Assembly (NCBI GenBank): GCA_964473825.1
Contig: CAYYQL010000008.1
Span: forward strand, 1 to 64,000
Origin: an uncultured archaeon
Lineage (GTDB): Archaea > Asgardarchaeota > Thorarchaeia > Thorarchaeales > Thorarchaeaceae
Reading direction: 5' to 3'
Length of the DNA: 64,000 nucleotides
In this document: positions 19,080-30,500 of the stretch, piece by piece
Layout: each line of letters starts with the position of its first letter
Numbering within the stretch: position 1 is the first letter of the stretch
Notes under the pieces: generated by a model
What the model saw: the letters and a program-made list of their open reading frames with translations, nothing else
Databases searched by the model: none
What the model was told of the DNA's origin: nothing
Program-made: the position numbers and the translations under genes

Positions 19080-20915
19080 GTGCAAAAGGAGGCATCTGCC
19101 ATCTACGCTGTTGAAATGGAGAACATCAGTAAGACCTTTCCTGGTGGGGTTGAGGCGAACAAGGACATCACACTAAGAATCAGGCAAGGTGAAGTCCACG
19201 GTCTCTTGGGTGAGAATGGTGCCGGTAAGACCACACTGATGAATATACTTTATGGATTCTTGGCGAGAGATGAGGGGTACGGGAGCATCTCGATTAAGGG
19301 TGAGGTAGTAGAGCTGGAATCTCCGGAGGGTGCTATTCGCCGAGGAGTGGGAATGGTTCATCAACACTACAAGCTCATTCGTCCTCTGACTGTGACTGAG
19401 AATGTGATGATGGGATATGAGACTCCTAGTCAGAAGCCCAATCTGATGCTCAGACTGATGATGGCAATTATTCTGCTATTCATGACATGGATGTTCCTCC
19501 AGTTCACTGATCTCTTCGTTGCCACAATTCTGACTTTATCAATGATGATACTGGTGTTGCTTGCATTCAAGGGTGACATAATCTTGACCCGTATCATCCA
19601 AACTCTGTACGTTATTGAACAGCAACACTCGGGTGTTGTAATGGCAGTTGCTCGATCGCTCTCTGGAGTTCTAAGCAACATCAAATATGGAGTCAGCTGT
19701 TTCTTCACCTTGGGTATCGCTAATGCCGAAGAGAGGATAAGGATAATAGCAGAGGAAAATGGCTTGGTGATCGACCCCAAGGCGAAAGTGCGCGATATCT
19801 CTGTAGGATTACAGCAACGCGTCGAGATCATCAAAGCTCTCTACAGAGAGGCAGAGATACTCATTCTTGATGAGCCAACATCAGTGCTCACTCCTCAAGA
19901 AGTGGACGAACTCTTTGTCACACTTCAGAAGTTCAGAGATGCTGGGAAGACTATCATTCTAATAACACACAAGCTCAGAGAACCAATGGCATTGTGCGAC
20001 CGAATCAGTGTTCTACGGGATGGTGAACTGGTAGGGACTGTTGATCGAGATGAAACCTCCCCTGCACAGCTTGCAAAGATGATGGTCGGACGAGAAGTTG
20101 TCTTTCGAGTAGAGAAGAGCCCACCTCATCCAGGCGATGTGATTCTCAGAGTTGAAGGCCTGGTCGTCGAAGATATACGCGGAGCTGTAGCAGTGGATAA
20201 TCTCTCGCTTGAGCTTCAACAAGCTGAGATTCTTGGCATTGCCGGAGTCGAAGGGAACGGTCAGACAGAGCTGGTAGAAGCACTGGTTGGCCTCACTGAG
20301 GCTGAATCGGGCCGGGTACTGGTCAGAGATGCTGAATCTGGGCAGTTCAAAGACATTACAGGGCGTAGGCCAAGGAAGGTTCGTGAAGAAGGGATTGCAC
20401 ATATTCCAGAGGACCGTCAGAAACGAGGACTCGTACAGCAATTCTCGGTTGAAGAGAATCTCGCTCTGGGACCCCACTACAGAGAACCTATCGCTTCCTC
20501 TACCGGCTTGCTTAGCTCGGATCGGATGCGCAGCAACGCGAACACACTGGTCGAAACCTATTCGATTAAGATTAGTGATGTTACGGATCCTGCCAGCACA
20601 TTATCTGGCGGAAATCAGCAGAAACTCGTGGTTGCCCGAGAGCTGAGCTCTCAGCCGCGTATTCTCATAGCAGCTCAGCCCACAAGGGGGCTTGACGTGG
20701 GGGCAACTGAGTACATCCACAACATGCTTGTTTCTCTTAGAGACTCTGGAGTGGGAGTGCTATTGATTTCTGCTGAGCTGGATGAGATAAGAAGTCTATC
20801 AGACAGAATAGCAGTGATCTTCAATGGTCGTATTGTAGCAGAAAAGGATCCGGATACGGCAACCGCTGAAGAAATCGGCCTGCTGATGGCTGGTCATGCA
20901 GAGGTGGTTCCATGA
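19080..20915 (+). CDS. ABC transporter ATP-binding protein (tandem NBD, CUT2/NupA-like) with hydrophobic insertion
   Basis: GENGAGKT, ISVGLQQRVEI, ILDEPT, ITHKL; second NBD LSGGNQQK, AQPTRGLDVG; ~95-aa extra segment after TENVMMGYE. Confidence 0.93.
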   Translation: MQKEASAIYAVEMENISKTFPGGVEANKDITLRIRQGEVHGLLGENGAGKTTLMNILYGFLARDEGYGSISIKGEVVELESPEGAIRRGVGMVHQHYKLIRPLTVTENVMMGYETPSQKPNLMLRLMMAIILLFMTWMFLQFTDLFVATILTLSMMILVLLAFKGDIILTRIIQTLYVIEQQHSGVVMAVARSLSGVLSNIKYGVSCFFTLGIANAEERIRIIAEENGLVIDPKAKVRDISVGLQQRVEIIKALYREAEILILDEPTSVLTPQEVDELFVTLQKFRDAGKTIILITHKLREPMALCDRISVLRDGELVGTVDRDETSPAQLAKMMVGREVVFRVEKSPPHPGDVILRVEGLVVEDIRGAVAVDNLSLELQQAEILGIAGVEGNGQTELVEALVGLTEAESGRVLVRDAESGQFKDITGRRPRKVREEGIAHIPEDRQKRGLVQQFSVEENLALGPHYREPIASSTGLLSSDRMRSNANTLVETYSIKISDVTDPASTLSGGNQQKLVVARELSSQPRILIAAQPTRGLDVGATEYIHNMLVSLRDSGVGVLLISAELDEIRSLSDRIAVIFNGRIVAEKDPDTATAEEIGLLMAGHAEVVP

Positions 20916-22384
20916 CGCAAGAACGAATGCTGGAAGAAGAACAGGTGGCAGACAAGAGCTCGGGTTTCGCTGTGCTGAATAAGATCATTGCTAAGTTCTC
21001 AAGTGAGAGCTTCAAGAAGGAACTCGTGACCACGGTGGTAGCCATCTTTCTCTCGTTTGGTATCGCTGCTTTGATCATTGCAGCAGCTGGATATGACCCA
21101 GGTAGTGCCTTTGCAGCGCTGGGACTGGGAGCAATACTGAATCTAGATGAAGTCTTATGGGCGGCAACTCCACTATGTCTTACAGGTCTCGCAGTAGCTC
21201 TCGCCTTTAGATGTGGTCTTTTCAATATCGGCGCTGAGGGTCAGTTGTACATAGGTTCTATCGCAGCGACAGCCGTCGGCTATATGATTGCACTGCCGAT
21301 CGTGGTACATCAGATAGCTTGCATCGCAATCGGAGTTCTTGCAGGTTTTCTCTATGGCCTCCTACCGGGGCTGCTTAAGGCCTATCGAGGTGCTCATGAA
21401 GTTGTAACTACCATGATGTTAAGCTACTCGGCAGTCTACTTGACTCAGTGGCTCGTATCACAGGGGCCCATGCACAATCCTGGTGATTGGAGAAGTGTTT
21501 CTCCATTCATCTTTGACACTGCACGACTTCCCAAGTTGTTCGGGAGCCCGTTTCTCAATCTCGGTTTTCTGATTGCGGTGGCTTGCGTCGTTCTTGTTGA
21601 TGTCTTCATCAACCGTACTGTTATGGGATATGAAATGAGAGCAGTCGGACACAATCAGGATGCGGCTGAGACTGCGGGTATCAATTCAAAACGTAACGCT
21701 GCAATGGCACTTGCACTCAGTGGAGGTCTGGCAGGACTGGCAGGGGCACAGGAAATCATGGGCTACTACAATCGCTTCTATGATGGCTGGTCTGCTGGGA
21801 TTGGGTTCGATGGGATCACTGTGGCTGTCTTTGGCAGAAACAATGCTTGGGGTGTTTTTGGAGCAGCTCTCTTCTGGGGCGCTCTCAAGGCGGGAGGTGG
21901 GTATATGCAGACAAACGCGAATGTTCCAGTGGAGATTGTGAAAGTAATCCAAGGTCTCGTGGTGCTATTCGTTGCGGCGCCAAGACTCATTGACTGGCTT
22001 GCGAACAAGGGAGTTGAATATGCTGAATGGTTGCGTGAGTCTCGGCCAAGCCATGCAATACTGAACGTTACGGCGTTAGGTCACAGCATTCTGGGCTTCT
22101 TTCTTGCTGTGCTTATACTGAGAGTATCTCTCTTCCTCGCAGTCATCGGGTTTGTCCTCTGCTTCACAAGTCTTGTCGCTTCCGTGTTCCACTACAAACG
22201 TGACCGTAGACGTGTTGCTACAACTGCTGTTGCTGGAGTCCTCTGGTTTGGCCTGCTTGTTGTCGGATGGTCGCTCAGTGGTGTTGCATTGACCGCGATA
22301 ACTATGGGACTAGTTGCACTCGTGCTTTCTTGCCTTCTTGTAAGAATACGCGGCCAGGTGCACTCTGGAGGTGAGAGTCAGTGA
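20912..22384 (+). CDS. ABC transporter permease (NupB-like) with C-terminal extra TM extension
   Basis: GLFNIGAEGQ, HEVVTTMML, GYEMRAVGHN..AA..AGI, GFDGITVA; ATGA overlap with the ATPase gene. Confidence 0.92.
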   Translation: MTQERMLEEEQVADKSSGFAVLNKIIAKFSSESFKKELVTTVVAIFLSFGIAALIIAAAGYDPGSAFAALGLGAILNLDEVLWAATPLCLTGLAVALAFRCGLFNIGAEGQLYIGSIAATAVGYMIALPIVVHQIACIAIGVLAGFLYGLLPGLLKAYRGAHEVVTTMMLSYSAVYLTQWLVSQGPMHNPGDWRSVSPFIFDTARLPKLFGSPFLNLGFLIAVACVVLVDVFINRTVMGYEMRAVGHNQDAAETAGINSKRNAAMALALSGGLAGLAGAQEIMGYYNRFYDGWSAGIGFDGITVAVFGRNNAWGVFGAALFWGALKAGGGYMQTNANVPVEIVKVIQGLVVLFVAAPRLIDWLANKGVEYAEWLRESRPSHAILNVTALGHSILGFFLAVLILRVSLFLAVIGFVLCFTSLVASVFHYKRDRRRVATTAVAGVLWFGLLVVGWSLSGVALTAITMGLVALVLSCLLVRIRGQVHSGGESQ

Positions 22385-23334
22385 TGCAGTTAGATGCCAT
22401 TTCTGTTGCAATGCTGGGGTTCTTACTAAGAACTACACTCCAAATGGCGACACCACTAGTGCTGACCGCTCTTGGCGGAATGTACAGCGAGAGGTCGGGA
22501 ATTGTGAACATCGGTTTGGAGGGGATGATGCTGATAGGTGCCTTCAGTGCAGCAGCAGCCACCTACTTCTCTGGAAATCCGTGGCTTGGTCTCATTGTTG
22601 GTGTGTTCTCTGGCGGGGCGCTAGCAGCTGCTCACGCAGTACTATGCGTCAAACTGAAGGGAAACCACATAGTCAGCGGTACTGGTGTGATTCTATTCGC
22701 CACGGGATTTACAACGCTGATGCTGGAGGTCATCTGGCAGCAGAAGGGGGTTTCAGACCCAGTCACACCCCTTCCCAAAGTTCGAATTCCTTGGGTTCAG
22801 GACATTCCCCTTCTGGGGAACATAATCGGTGCTCTTTCTCCGATTGTATACATGATGTTCTTCGCAGTCATCATAAGCTGGTTTATACTTTTCAAGACAT
22901 CTTTCGGTTTGAGACTGAGGGCCGCTGGAGAAGATCCAAGCACACTTGATGCGGCAGGCGTCAATGTGGAGACTATGCGGATGATAGGAGTGATTGTTAG
23001 CGGGTGCTTGGCTGGCTTGGGGGGTGCCTATCTCTCTATCGGGTTTGGCTCGAGCTTTGGGAAAGTGATGACTTCAGGCAGGGGTTTCATAGCACTGGCT
23101 GCGCTGATTTTTGGTAACTGGACTCCCATAGGATGCTTCTTAGCGGGCACCTTCTTTGGCTTCTTGGATGGTCTTCAGATTGTCATCAAGGTCAGTTTTC
23201 CTGCGCTACTGCCCTATAGCAATTTTGTGCAAATGTTGCCTTACGTGCTAGTGGTGATTGCATTGGCGGGGATTCGCCGTTCGATACCTCCCAAGGCAAT
23301 AGGGCAACCATACGAAAAAGAGAAAAGTCTTTAG
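22381..23334 (+). CDS. ABC transporter permease (NupC-like)
   Basis: SERSGIVNIGLEGMML, GLRLRAAGEDP, GRGFIALAALIFGNW, P.AIGQPY. Confidence 0.93.
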   Translation: MMQLDAISVAMLGFLLRTTLQMATPLVLTALGGMYSERSGIVNIGLEGMMLIGAFSAAAATYFSGNPWLGLIVGVFSGGALAAAHAVLCVKLKGNHIVSGTGVILFATGFTTLMLEVIWQQKGVSDPVTPLPKVRIPWVQDIPLLGNIIGALSPIVYMMFFAVIISWFILFKTSFGLRLRAAGEDPSTLDAAGVNVETMRMIGVIVSGCLAGLGGAYLSIGFGSSFGKVMTSGRGFIALAALIFGNWTPIGCFLAGTFFGFLDGLQIVIKVSFPALLPYSNFVQMLPYVLVVIALAGIRRSIPPKAIGQPYEKEKSL

Positions 23335-23408
23335 TGTGAAGCGATGGCGGGAATCTATCCAATTCCCCCATCACACATCTCTTTCGTCACTCAGTCCTTC
23401 ATATCTCA

Positions 23409-23660
23409 TTACTTGACCAGAAAGACTTTGTCGCCTTCTCTGACGCGATTCTTGACTTTGATGGCAATCTCCTGACCTGATTCTCCTCGTTCAATGGACT
23501 CTCGGTTCAGTTCCATCGATCTGATTTCTTGATTGAAATCAGTGGTTGCTCCCTTGAAACGAACTGTTTCCCCTTCACTTAGAGTATCTGAGAGCATGAT
23601 CGCACAGACGCTTATGTTTGAGTAGTAGTTTGTTACTTCACCTATCTCCTTCTCAGTCAT
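23409..23660 (-). CDS. Stand-alone EF-Tu domain-II-like beta-barrel ('translation elongation factor-like protein')
   Basis: IGEVTNYYSNISV...F.G.TTDF.Q.I.SME....GQEIAIKV..RVREGDKVF. Confidence 0.75.
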   Translation of the reverse strand: MTEKEIGEVTNYYSNISVCAIMLSDTLSEGETVRFKGATTDFNQEIRSMELNRESIERGESGQEIAIKVKNRVREGDKVFLVK

Positions 23661-23846
23661 GTTCCATCACTCATACTATGATAACTTCCAGAGCAGAAAA
23701 GGTCTGGGGTTGCTCAATTCTCTGTCTGAATTCCCTTTAGTTACTTATCTTGCGGTGTTCTCCTGTTAGCTTGGTGTGTAGTGATTCTCAAAATCCTGCT
23801 TCAAAAACCATGCCTGACCTAACTGGCCAATGCAAAGTCTGCACTA

Positions 23847-25211
23847 TCATCCCAGAACCAATTCGGTAATCTGCCTGTATGCTTTGTAGGTGAGCTTCAG
23901 AGTGCCAAGAGACACCCTCTCGTTGTCTGCATGTGGCATGGAGATGAGTTCTGCACCAGACATGCGGTCATCGAAAATGCTGAACCCATACGCATCTGTT
24001 CCAAACTCCTTTCTGAAGAACCTGGAGTCTGTCTGACCCGGAGAGAAGAGAGGAACCAACTCCGCTTCCTGTCCAATAAGCCTCTTAAGAACCACTTCTA
24101 TCGCTGATAACAGAGGAGAGTTCAATGAGCTTTCATTGCCTCTGATAGGTTCGTAACCTGGAATGGGTATCAGTTCGATCTCGACATCCGAGGCTAGGTT
24201 CCCGAGATGCTGTTCTATTCCAGCTATCACTGAGTCTGTACTCTGATCGGGCAGTGTCCTGATATCCACATCAACGTATGCACGACCCGGAACGACATTC
24301 GTCTTGGTTCCGCCATGAATAACGTTGGGAGATACGGTAAGTCTGCTGATGGCATGGAGCAGTCTTGCTTGGGCGGGGTCCGTTTTTGCCAAATGCCCCA
24401 ATACAATTGGTAGTAGCCTCTTTCTGTTCAAGAGCCACTTCGTGACGCGTGAGATTGGCATCTTCTCGACCAGGATCTTGACATAGTCTGTGCACACCTC
24501 TGGTTGATATTCACCGAGTCGTTCTATGGCCTTTGAGAGTTTCACTACGGCATTGTCACTTCCAAAAGGCATGGAACCATGTTGCTCCTTTCCCGTTGCA
24601 GTTATTCTGATCCAGCAGTCTCCCTTCTCGCCATGTTGGATGGCGTATCTATTCTCTGCAACCGGGAACCCTCCCAACTCAGTAACTAGATAGTCGGTCT
24701 TCACCATGTCTCGATGGTGTTCAATCACCCAGCGCACGCCATTCAGTCCGTGCGTTTCTTCATCTGAAACGATGAGAAGCTTGAGAGTTCCGTGTGGTTC
24801 GAAACCGTCATTGTAGAGGTGTGCGAAAGCCACCACTTGACATGCGACGATAAACAGCATGTCGAAGGTGCCTCTTCCCCAGATGAAACCACCGCGTATC
24901 TTGCCTGAGAACGGGGGCACATCCCATTTCTCTTCATCTTCGACGGGAACAACATCCACATGGGCCGGACCCAGCATGAAACTTGGGCCTTCTCCGCCCT
25001 CAATCTGCGCATAGAGATTTCCTCGTTGTGGGGCAGACTCAAAGACCTCCGACTTTACTCCGTAGCCTTCTAGGAATCTCTCTATTGTTCTGATTGACTT
25101 CATCTCATTTCCGGGAGGATTGACGCATCGATTTCTGACCATTTCTTGAATCAGACTGACTACCTCTTCCTGGGTTTCCACGGCCTTCACTCTGGACTCC
25201 AATGAACTCAT
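23847..25211 (-). CDS. M20/M25/M40 family metallopeptidase (ArgE/DapE-like)
   Basis: AHVDVVP, GRGTFDM, SDEE, HGSMP, TNVVP, DIRTLP, TDSRFFR, HADNER. Confidence 0.93.
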   Translation of the reverse strand: MSSLESRVKAVETQEEVVSLIQEMVRNRCVNPPGNEMKSIRTIERFLEGYGVKSEVFESAPQRGNLYAQIEGGEGPSFMLGPAHVDVVPVEDEEKWDVPPFSGKIRGGFIWGRGTFDMLFIVACQVVAFAHLYNDGFEPHGTLKLLIVSDEETHGLNGVRWVIEHHRDMVKTDYLVTELGGFPVAENRYAIQHGEKGDCWIRITATGKEQHGSMPFGSDNAVVKLSKAIERLGEYQPEVCTDYVKILVEKMPISRVTKWLLNRKRLLPIVLGHLAKTDPAQARLLHAISRLTVSPNVIHGGTKTNVVPGRAYVDVDIRTLPDQSTDSVIAGIEQHLGNLASDVEIELIPIPGYEPIRGNESSLNSPLLSAIEVVLKRLIGQEAELVPLFSPGQTDSRFFRKEFGTDAYGFSIFDDRMSGAELISMPHADNERVSLGTLKLTYKAYRQITELVLG

Positions 25212-25281
25212 CCCGATTTAAAAGGGAAGTGCAGCATGGTATTCAAGACGCTTAAGTACCCGCAAGTGCTTAGAGAGGGGC

Positions 25282-26556
25282 ATGTCATCCGAGAGTTCGA
25301 AGCGCCATTCGGTGTGGCGTGATTCATATTTTGGAGTCCAAGGGCTGTTCTACTTCGCCCAAGGCGTTTCCCTTGGAGCTCTGCTGTTTATCACCGAGTT
25401 TCTGGACTATTTGGGCCTCAGTGATCCGTTCGAACGCTTGGTGGTTCAAGCAATAATTTGGATTCCATGGTATATCAAGATTGTATTTGGAGTTCTATCC
25501 GACAATGTTCCAGTATCTAGATTCGGAAGAAGGAAACCCTACATCTTTCTGGCCGGTATCCTTGGTGCAATTGGATGGCTTACCCTACCTCTTCATGTCG
25601 TCTATAGTGCTCTACTTCTAAGCTCAGGCATACTTGCTGCATTAGGGACCAGCATGAGTGATGCAGTGATTGATGCAATGGCCGTCGATATCACACCGCC
25701 CCAAAAACGCGGAATGATGCAAGGTGTGTCATGGGGCTCTAGAGGTTTCGGGGCTGGGATTTCATTCATCGCGGTAGGGCTTATGGCAGACCTGGAGATG
25801 TGGTTCTTCATCTATGCTATTCCAGGAATCATTGTGAGTATCTCTTGTTTCCTGGTGCTTCTCTTCGAGGAAAGGCCACTTCCTGATGACTTTCAGAGAA
25901 TCCCGCTGAGTACATATTCTCGCGTGTTCAAGATGGGAAACGTGCAGGTCTGCCTGTTCTTTCAGATTCTGGCAGGTGCTGCAATCGCCATCTTGGGCAT
26001 CATGCAGACCTTCTTGACAGAGGAGCTCGGGTTCAACAATGCAACCACAGGTTTCGTGTTCATGGTGTTCTCAGTGGGTATGTTCAGCGGTGCCCTTATC
26101 TTCGGGCTGCTTGGCGACCGTGCTCCGGTCCGAATCGCTTTATCGGTTACCACTGTTGCCTACGTTCTGGTTGTTCTCTCCGCGCTTTTCGTCAATCTTG
26201 CCATGGTTGCAGTTTCTACTGTCTTTTTCCTCATTGTTGGTTTCGCTAACGGAGGTTATGAGGCGACCCAGATGCGAGTCTCGATGGACAACTCGCCCAG
26301 TGTGGTTGCTGGGACGGTCTATAATCTGTATAACAGCGTGTCCAATATTGGACAGCTTGCCATAGGATCTCTGTTGATAGGATCTCTAGCTGACTATCTC
26401 ATCGGCATGAGAATAGGAAGCTATCAGCAGGCTTGGCAGTTGGCCATTGTCTTCCTGCTGCTTGCTCTCTTACCTGGCTACTATCTCGTCACGCGTTACG
26501 AACCAGTTGGCGAAGACGATGACAACCATATAGCGCTGGAAGAGTCTATGATCTAG
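25282..26556 (+). CDS. MFS transporter
   Basis: 12 TM; PWYIKIVFGVLSD...FGRRKPY; D..IDAMAVD. Confidence 0.9.
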   Translation: MSSESSKRHSVWRDSYFGVQGLFYFAQGVSLGALLFITEFLDYLGLSDPFERLVVQAIIWIPWYIKIVFGVLSDNVPVSRFGRRKPYIFLAGILGAIGWLTLPLHVVYSALLLSSGILAALGTSMSDAVIDAMAVDITPPQKRGMMQGVSWGSRGFGAGISFIAVGLMADLEMWFFIYAIPGIIVSISCFLVLLFEERPLPDDFQRIPLSTYSRVFKMGNVQVCLFFQILAGAAIAILGIMQTFLTEELGFNNATTGFVFMVFSVGMFSGALIFGLLGDRAPVRIALSVTTVAYVLVVLSALFVNLAMVAVSTVFFLIVGFANGGYEATQMRVSMDNSPSVVAGTVYNLYNSVSNIGQLAIGSLLIGSLADYLIGMRIGSYQQAWQLAIVFLLLALLPGYYLVTRYEPVGEDDDNHIALEESMI

Positions 26557-26632
26557 TTGTCGCGTCTGTTCCGGAGTGAGTTATATACGAGAGTGAGCAG
26601 AGGTAGACAGGCATTGATTGGAGCAGGCAAGA

Positions 26633-27400
26633 ATGGTGGAATATGATTTCAGCGGTAAGACAGCTCTGATTACTGGCTGCTCGGCAGGATTGGGGCGAGA
26701 GTTTGCTTATGCGTATGCTGAGGCGGGGGCTAACCTTGTTCTTGCATCAAGACGAACCGAAGTTCTCGATGAGCTGGCGGAGGAATTGTCCGTTGAATCA
26801 GGTGCTGAATCATTGGTTGTGAATTGTGACGTTCTCATTGAAGAAGACATCGCCCATGCCGTTGAGGCCTCAGTTGAGCGATTCGGTGGCCTTGACATCT
26901 TGATAAACACAGTCGGAAACTACCTTGCAAGACCACTCATTGAACAGACGATTGAAGACTGGCGTCATGTCATCGACCTCAATCTGACATCAGCTTTCAT
27001 CGGATCCAGAGAGGCTGCAAGGGTCATGATTCCACAAGAATCTGGTTGTATCATCAATATGGCATCAACATTCGCATTTGGAGCAACTCGCTTTCCTGTG
27101 GTGGGTTATTACGCTGCAAAAGGAGGGGTTGTTATGCTGACTAAGGCTCTGGCTGTGGAGTTAGGTCCTCACAATATTAGAGTTAATGCGATCGCTCCGG
27201 GATTCTTCCCAACAAAGCAGTCGATAGATGCTATGGAAGATGATGAGATCCGTGAGAAAATGATAGAACCTAGAACTGCTCTGCCGTACTTGGCTGAGAA
27301 GGAATGGATTCGTGGGGCGGCGTGTTTTCTGGCAAGTGATGATGCGAAATACGTCACTGGACATGTGCTAAGCGTTGATGGGGGCTGGCTTGCATTCTAA
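26633..27400 (+). CDS. Short-chain dehydrogenase/reductase
   Basis: TGCSAGLG, YYAAKGG (YxxxK), IRVNAIAPG, YVTGHVLSVDGG. Confidence 0.95.
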   Translation: MVEYDFSGKTALITGCSAGLGREFAYAYAEAGANLVLASRRTEVLDELAEELSVESGAESLVVNCDVLIEEDIAHAVEASVERFGGLDILINTVGNYLARPLIEQTIEDWRHVIDLNLTSAFIGSREAARVMIPQESGCIINMASTFAFGATRFPVVGYYAAKGGVVMLTKALAVELGPHNIRVNAIAPGFFPTKQSIDAMEDDEIREKMIEPRTALPYLAEKEWIRGAACFLASDDAKYVTGHVLSVDGGWLAF

Positions 27401-27535
27401 TTCGCACCGCCAACTCTGATCACTGCTAAGAGAGTTGGATAGTATCCAATAAGTTCCCTTTTGAAACACTTGCATCAAAACATTATAGGGGGTTTGACAT
27501 ACGTAGATACAGTCGATTTAAGGAGTGGCTATGGA

Positions 27536-30500
27536 TTGTCTGAGAGAGAGTATACAGATGAGTCTGATGAGAAAGAACGTGAAGATGAACACGAAGATTC
27601 ACCGAAAGAACAGGCACATGACAGCGATGAGGGCGACACATCACGGAGCCCGTTATACGAAGACCTTGGTGTCAGCGAATCAGAGATGAGTGCGTATTCC
27701 GTTGTGCTATCTTTAGGAAACGTAACCAAGGGTGATTTGGTCCTTCTGCTACGGGACCAGGGACTAGATGATGTCGATTTCCTGGTTCAAAGCCTTGTTG
27801 AAAAGGAGATGATAGTGGAGCTACCTGGGATTGTGACCAGATATCAGGCTGTGCCTCCTTTTGATGGTTTGGCTGAAGAAGTGAGCCACATTTCGCAGAG
27901 AATGCAATCACTCAGGGATGAACTCCGCGAACAGATATTGACAGCTTCGAAACAGGTCCGAGATGCGCTTCTTGCACTAAGCTCGCAGAAACTCGAATCA
28001 ATCAGACTAGAGAAAGAGCAGATTCACCAATCCAAAGAGAATGCTATTGACCGCCTTGAGAGGACTATATCGGATTTGGAGTCTGACCGAAATTCCTTGG
28101 AAGATCATCTCGGGGCTCAAATGGGCGAAACTACATCTGCCTGGACACAAGAGACAGTTTCAGTAACACAATCTGCATTGGACGACTCTAAGGGCAATCT
28201 CTCTTCTCTGGGGAGCCAAATAGAGGACGAATTATCGGGAATCAATGTTGACATAGAGGACCAGTTCAAGACATTGAACTCGGAACTCGGTTCCTCGCTT
28301 TCAGATGTGACTTCGCAGGCCATATCAGGAATAGAGGCTAAGAACGAGGAACTGAACCAAGAATTGAACTCAAACTCTGAGGCGCTGTCTGCGCGTCTTT
28401 CGAGCACAGAGAGAAGTCTTGTTAACAGTGTTGAGGATACACACCACAGAACCGCAACATCCCTCGAGGAGATCTCTGACAGGATAAACACAGGGATTGA
28501 GAAAGTCGAGGGTGATGTTGGGGTTTCCATTGACTCTGCAGTGAATATGGTGAATGATCAATACGATGCACTAGAGGCTGAGATGGTACAGGCCCTGAGC
28601 AATCACGCTGCTAGGGAGTATGAGATTCTGGATGAACACTCGAAAGTCCTTGATGATGAAATCTCGGAGTTTGGATCATCAAAGGATGAGGCAGTCTCAA
28701 TGTTGAAGAACCGCCTCGAAAATGCAGTGTCTGAGTATGAATCCTCAGCCGGGACTGCCGTATCATCGATTTCCGAACAGCTTCAGGATATGTCTGAGAG
28801 AGCCAAGTCATCAGTGACCACTGCATCTGATTCAATGCATAGACTTTCTTCACAAGCAGTACAGGATTCTTACGAGCGAGTTGACGAGTATGCAACCACA
28901 ACTCTCGAGCATGTCAGCAAAGAGATGGAACAGAAGAGGCAAGAACTCGGAGAATCTCTCCAGTCAACCGGAAATGAGATAAATGCAATTAACCGTGAAT
29001 CTCTTGATTTGACTACTGGGCTACTGGAGACCTACAGGTCTGAGATCACTCAACAGCTCAGGCAGGTAATGGAGTCGACGAGCACTCAGTTAGAGCAAGT
29101 GTCACATGAAACGATTGCAGAACTTGATTCTCTATCTAGTTCTGTGCGAGATGAGATTGCTAAGGCCATATCTCGCGCGAAATCTCAGACGGAGGCGATG
29201 CAGACACGCGCTGCTGAGCGGATTACAGAGGCAATCACAACCAGTATTGCAGGCCTTGATTCTGAAGTCAGCCAGCGCATCGAGGGCTCTCGAGAGAAGC
29301 ACGATTCGATGGTCAACAAGATTGATGCCACGGTCTCACGCGAGATTTCTTCTGGCTCCGAGGTAATGCAGGAGCTACAGAACAAGATAGACGCCGATAT
29401 GGAAAAGCTTGTTGCCAGCGCTGATGAAACTCGTCGGAATCAACTGGGCGCACTAGAATCCAGTCTGGGAGAGGAGAGAAGGGCCGCAAAGGAATCCTTG
29501 GATCGGGCCGCTGCGGAAACGCAGGAACTCGTAGATCTCCTGCATAGCGGACTGCACGACTCGGTGAACAAGATGCGAGATGGCATAAATGCTGCGAGTA
29601 GCTCTCTTGACGCTTCTACTGAGAGATTGAAGGTAGGGCATACTACAGCGAAGGAGGAGCTGCTTAATTCTACGAGGAATGACTTGGAATTACAAGTCAA
29701 CACGATCTCAGATCAAATACGCTCAATGGCATCTTCTGGCCGTTCGCAAGTACGAGAAGATGCTGCAGCAGGAATGAACACGTTCTCTGAATCTCTTGAG
29801 ACCTTACAGCAGGAATCATCGTCAAAATTTGGCGGCGTTTTGGAGGAAATGAGGTCTGCAATTGGCGGCGCTTTGGAGGAAATTCACAATACCTTTTCCA
29901 ATTCGCGAACAGAGACTGCCACAGTAGTAGGCAGAGTTGGCGACGATATAGTTGCCAGTTTGAATGAAGTCTCATCCGATTTGTCTGAGTACAAACATAC
30001 AGCTCACTCCCGTCTTGATAAGGGCGTTAGCGCCGCATCAAAAGGGGCGCAATCAAGGCTTGAATCTGCCAAGATCATGGTCAACTCAGTTGTCAACACT
30101 TCTCTCCAGGAGCTTGGCTCAAATGACGAGCGACTTGCTGGCTCAATCTCATCTGCGGCGAACAAGCTGTCTTCAGAGTCCATGGCTGCGCTATCGGAGA
30201 CTCTGGAGAAGTCCTCAGCAGCTATTGAGAGAGTATCCGCGGATATGAGAAATGACCTCAGAAGCGGCTATGATGACATCATGGCTCATGCGGGCAGTCT
30301 TGAAGACATACTGGCCGATGCAGTGAATGACCTTGAGAAGAGCCCAACGATAGGAGTCTCTGAGGAGTCAGTTGATCAGGCAGTGTCACCCGCTACAGAA
30401 ACACCCTTGGATACACAACGGGTTGCTGATGTGCTCTCGAAGGTGTGGGAACGTCTAGGTGCTACAGACTTTCCCGGAGCCAAGAAGACTTGGATGATTG

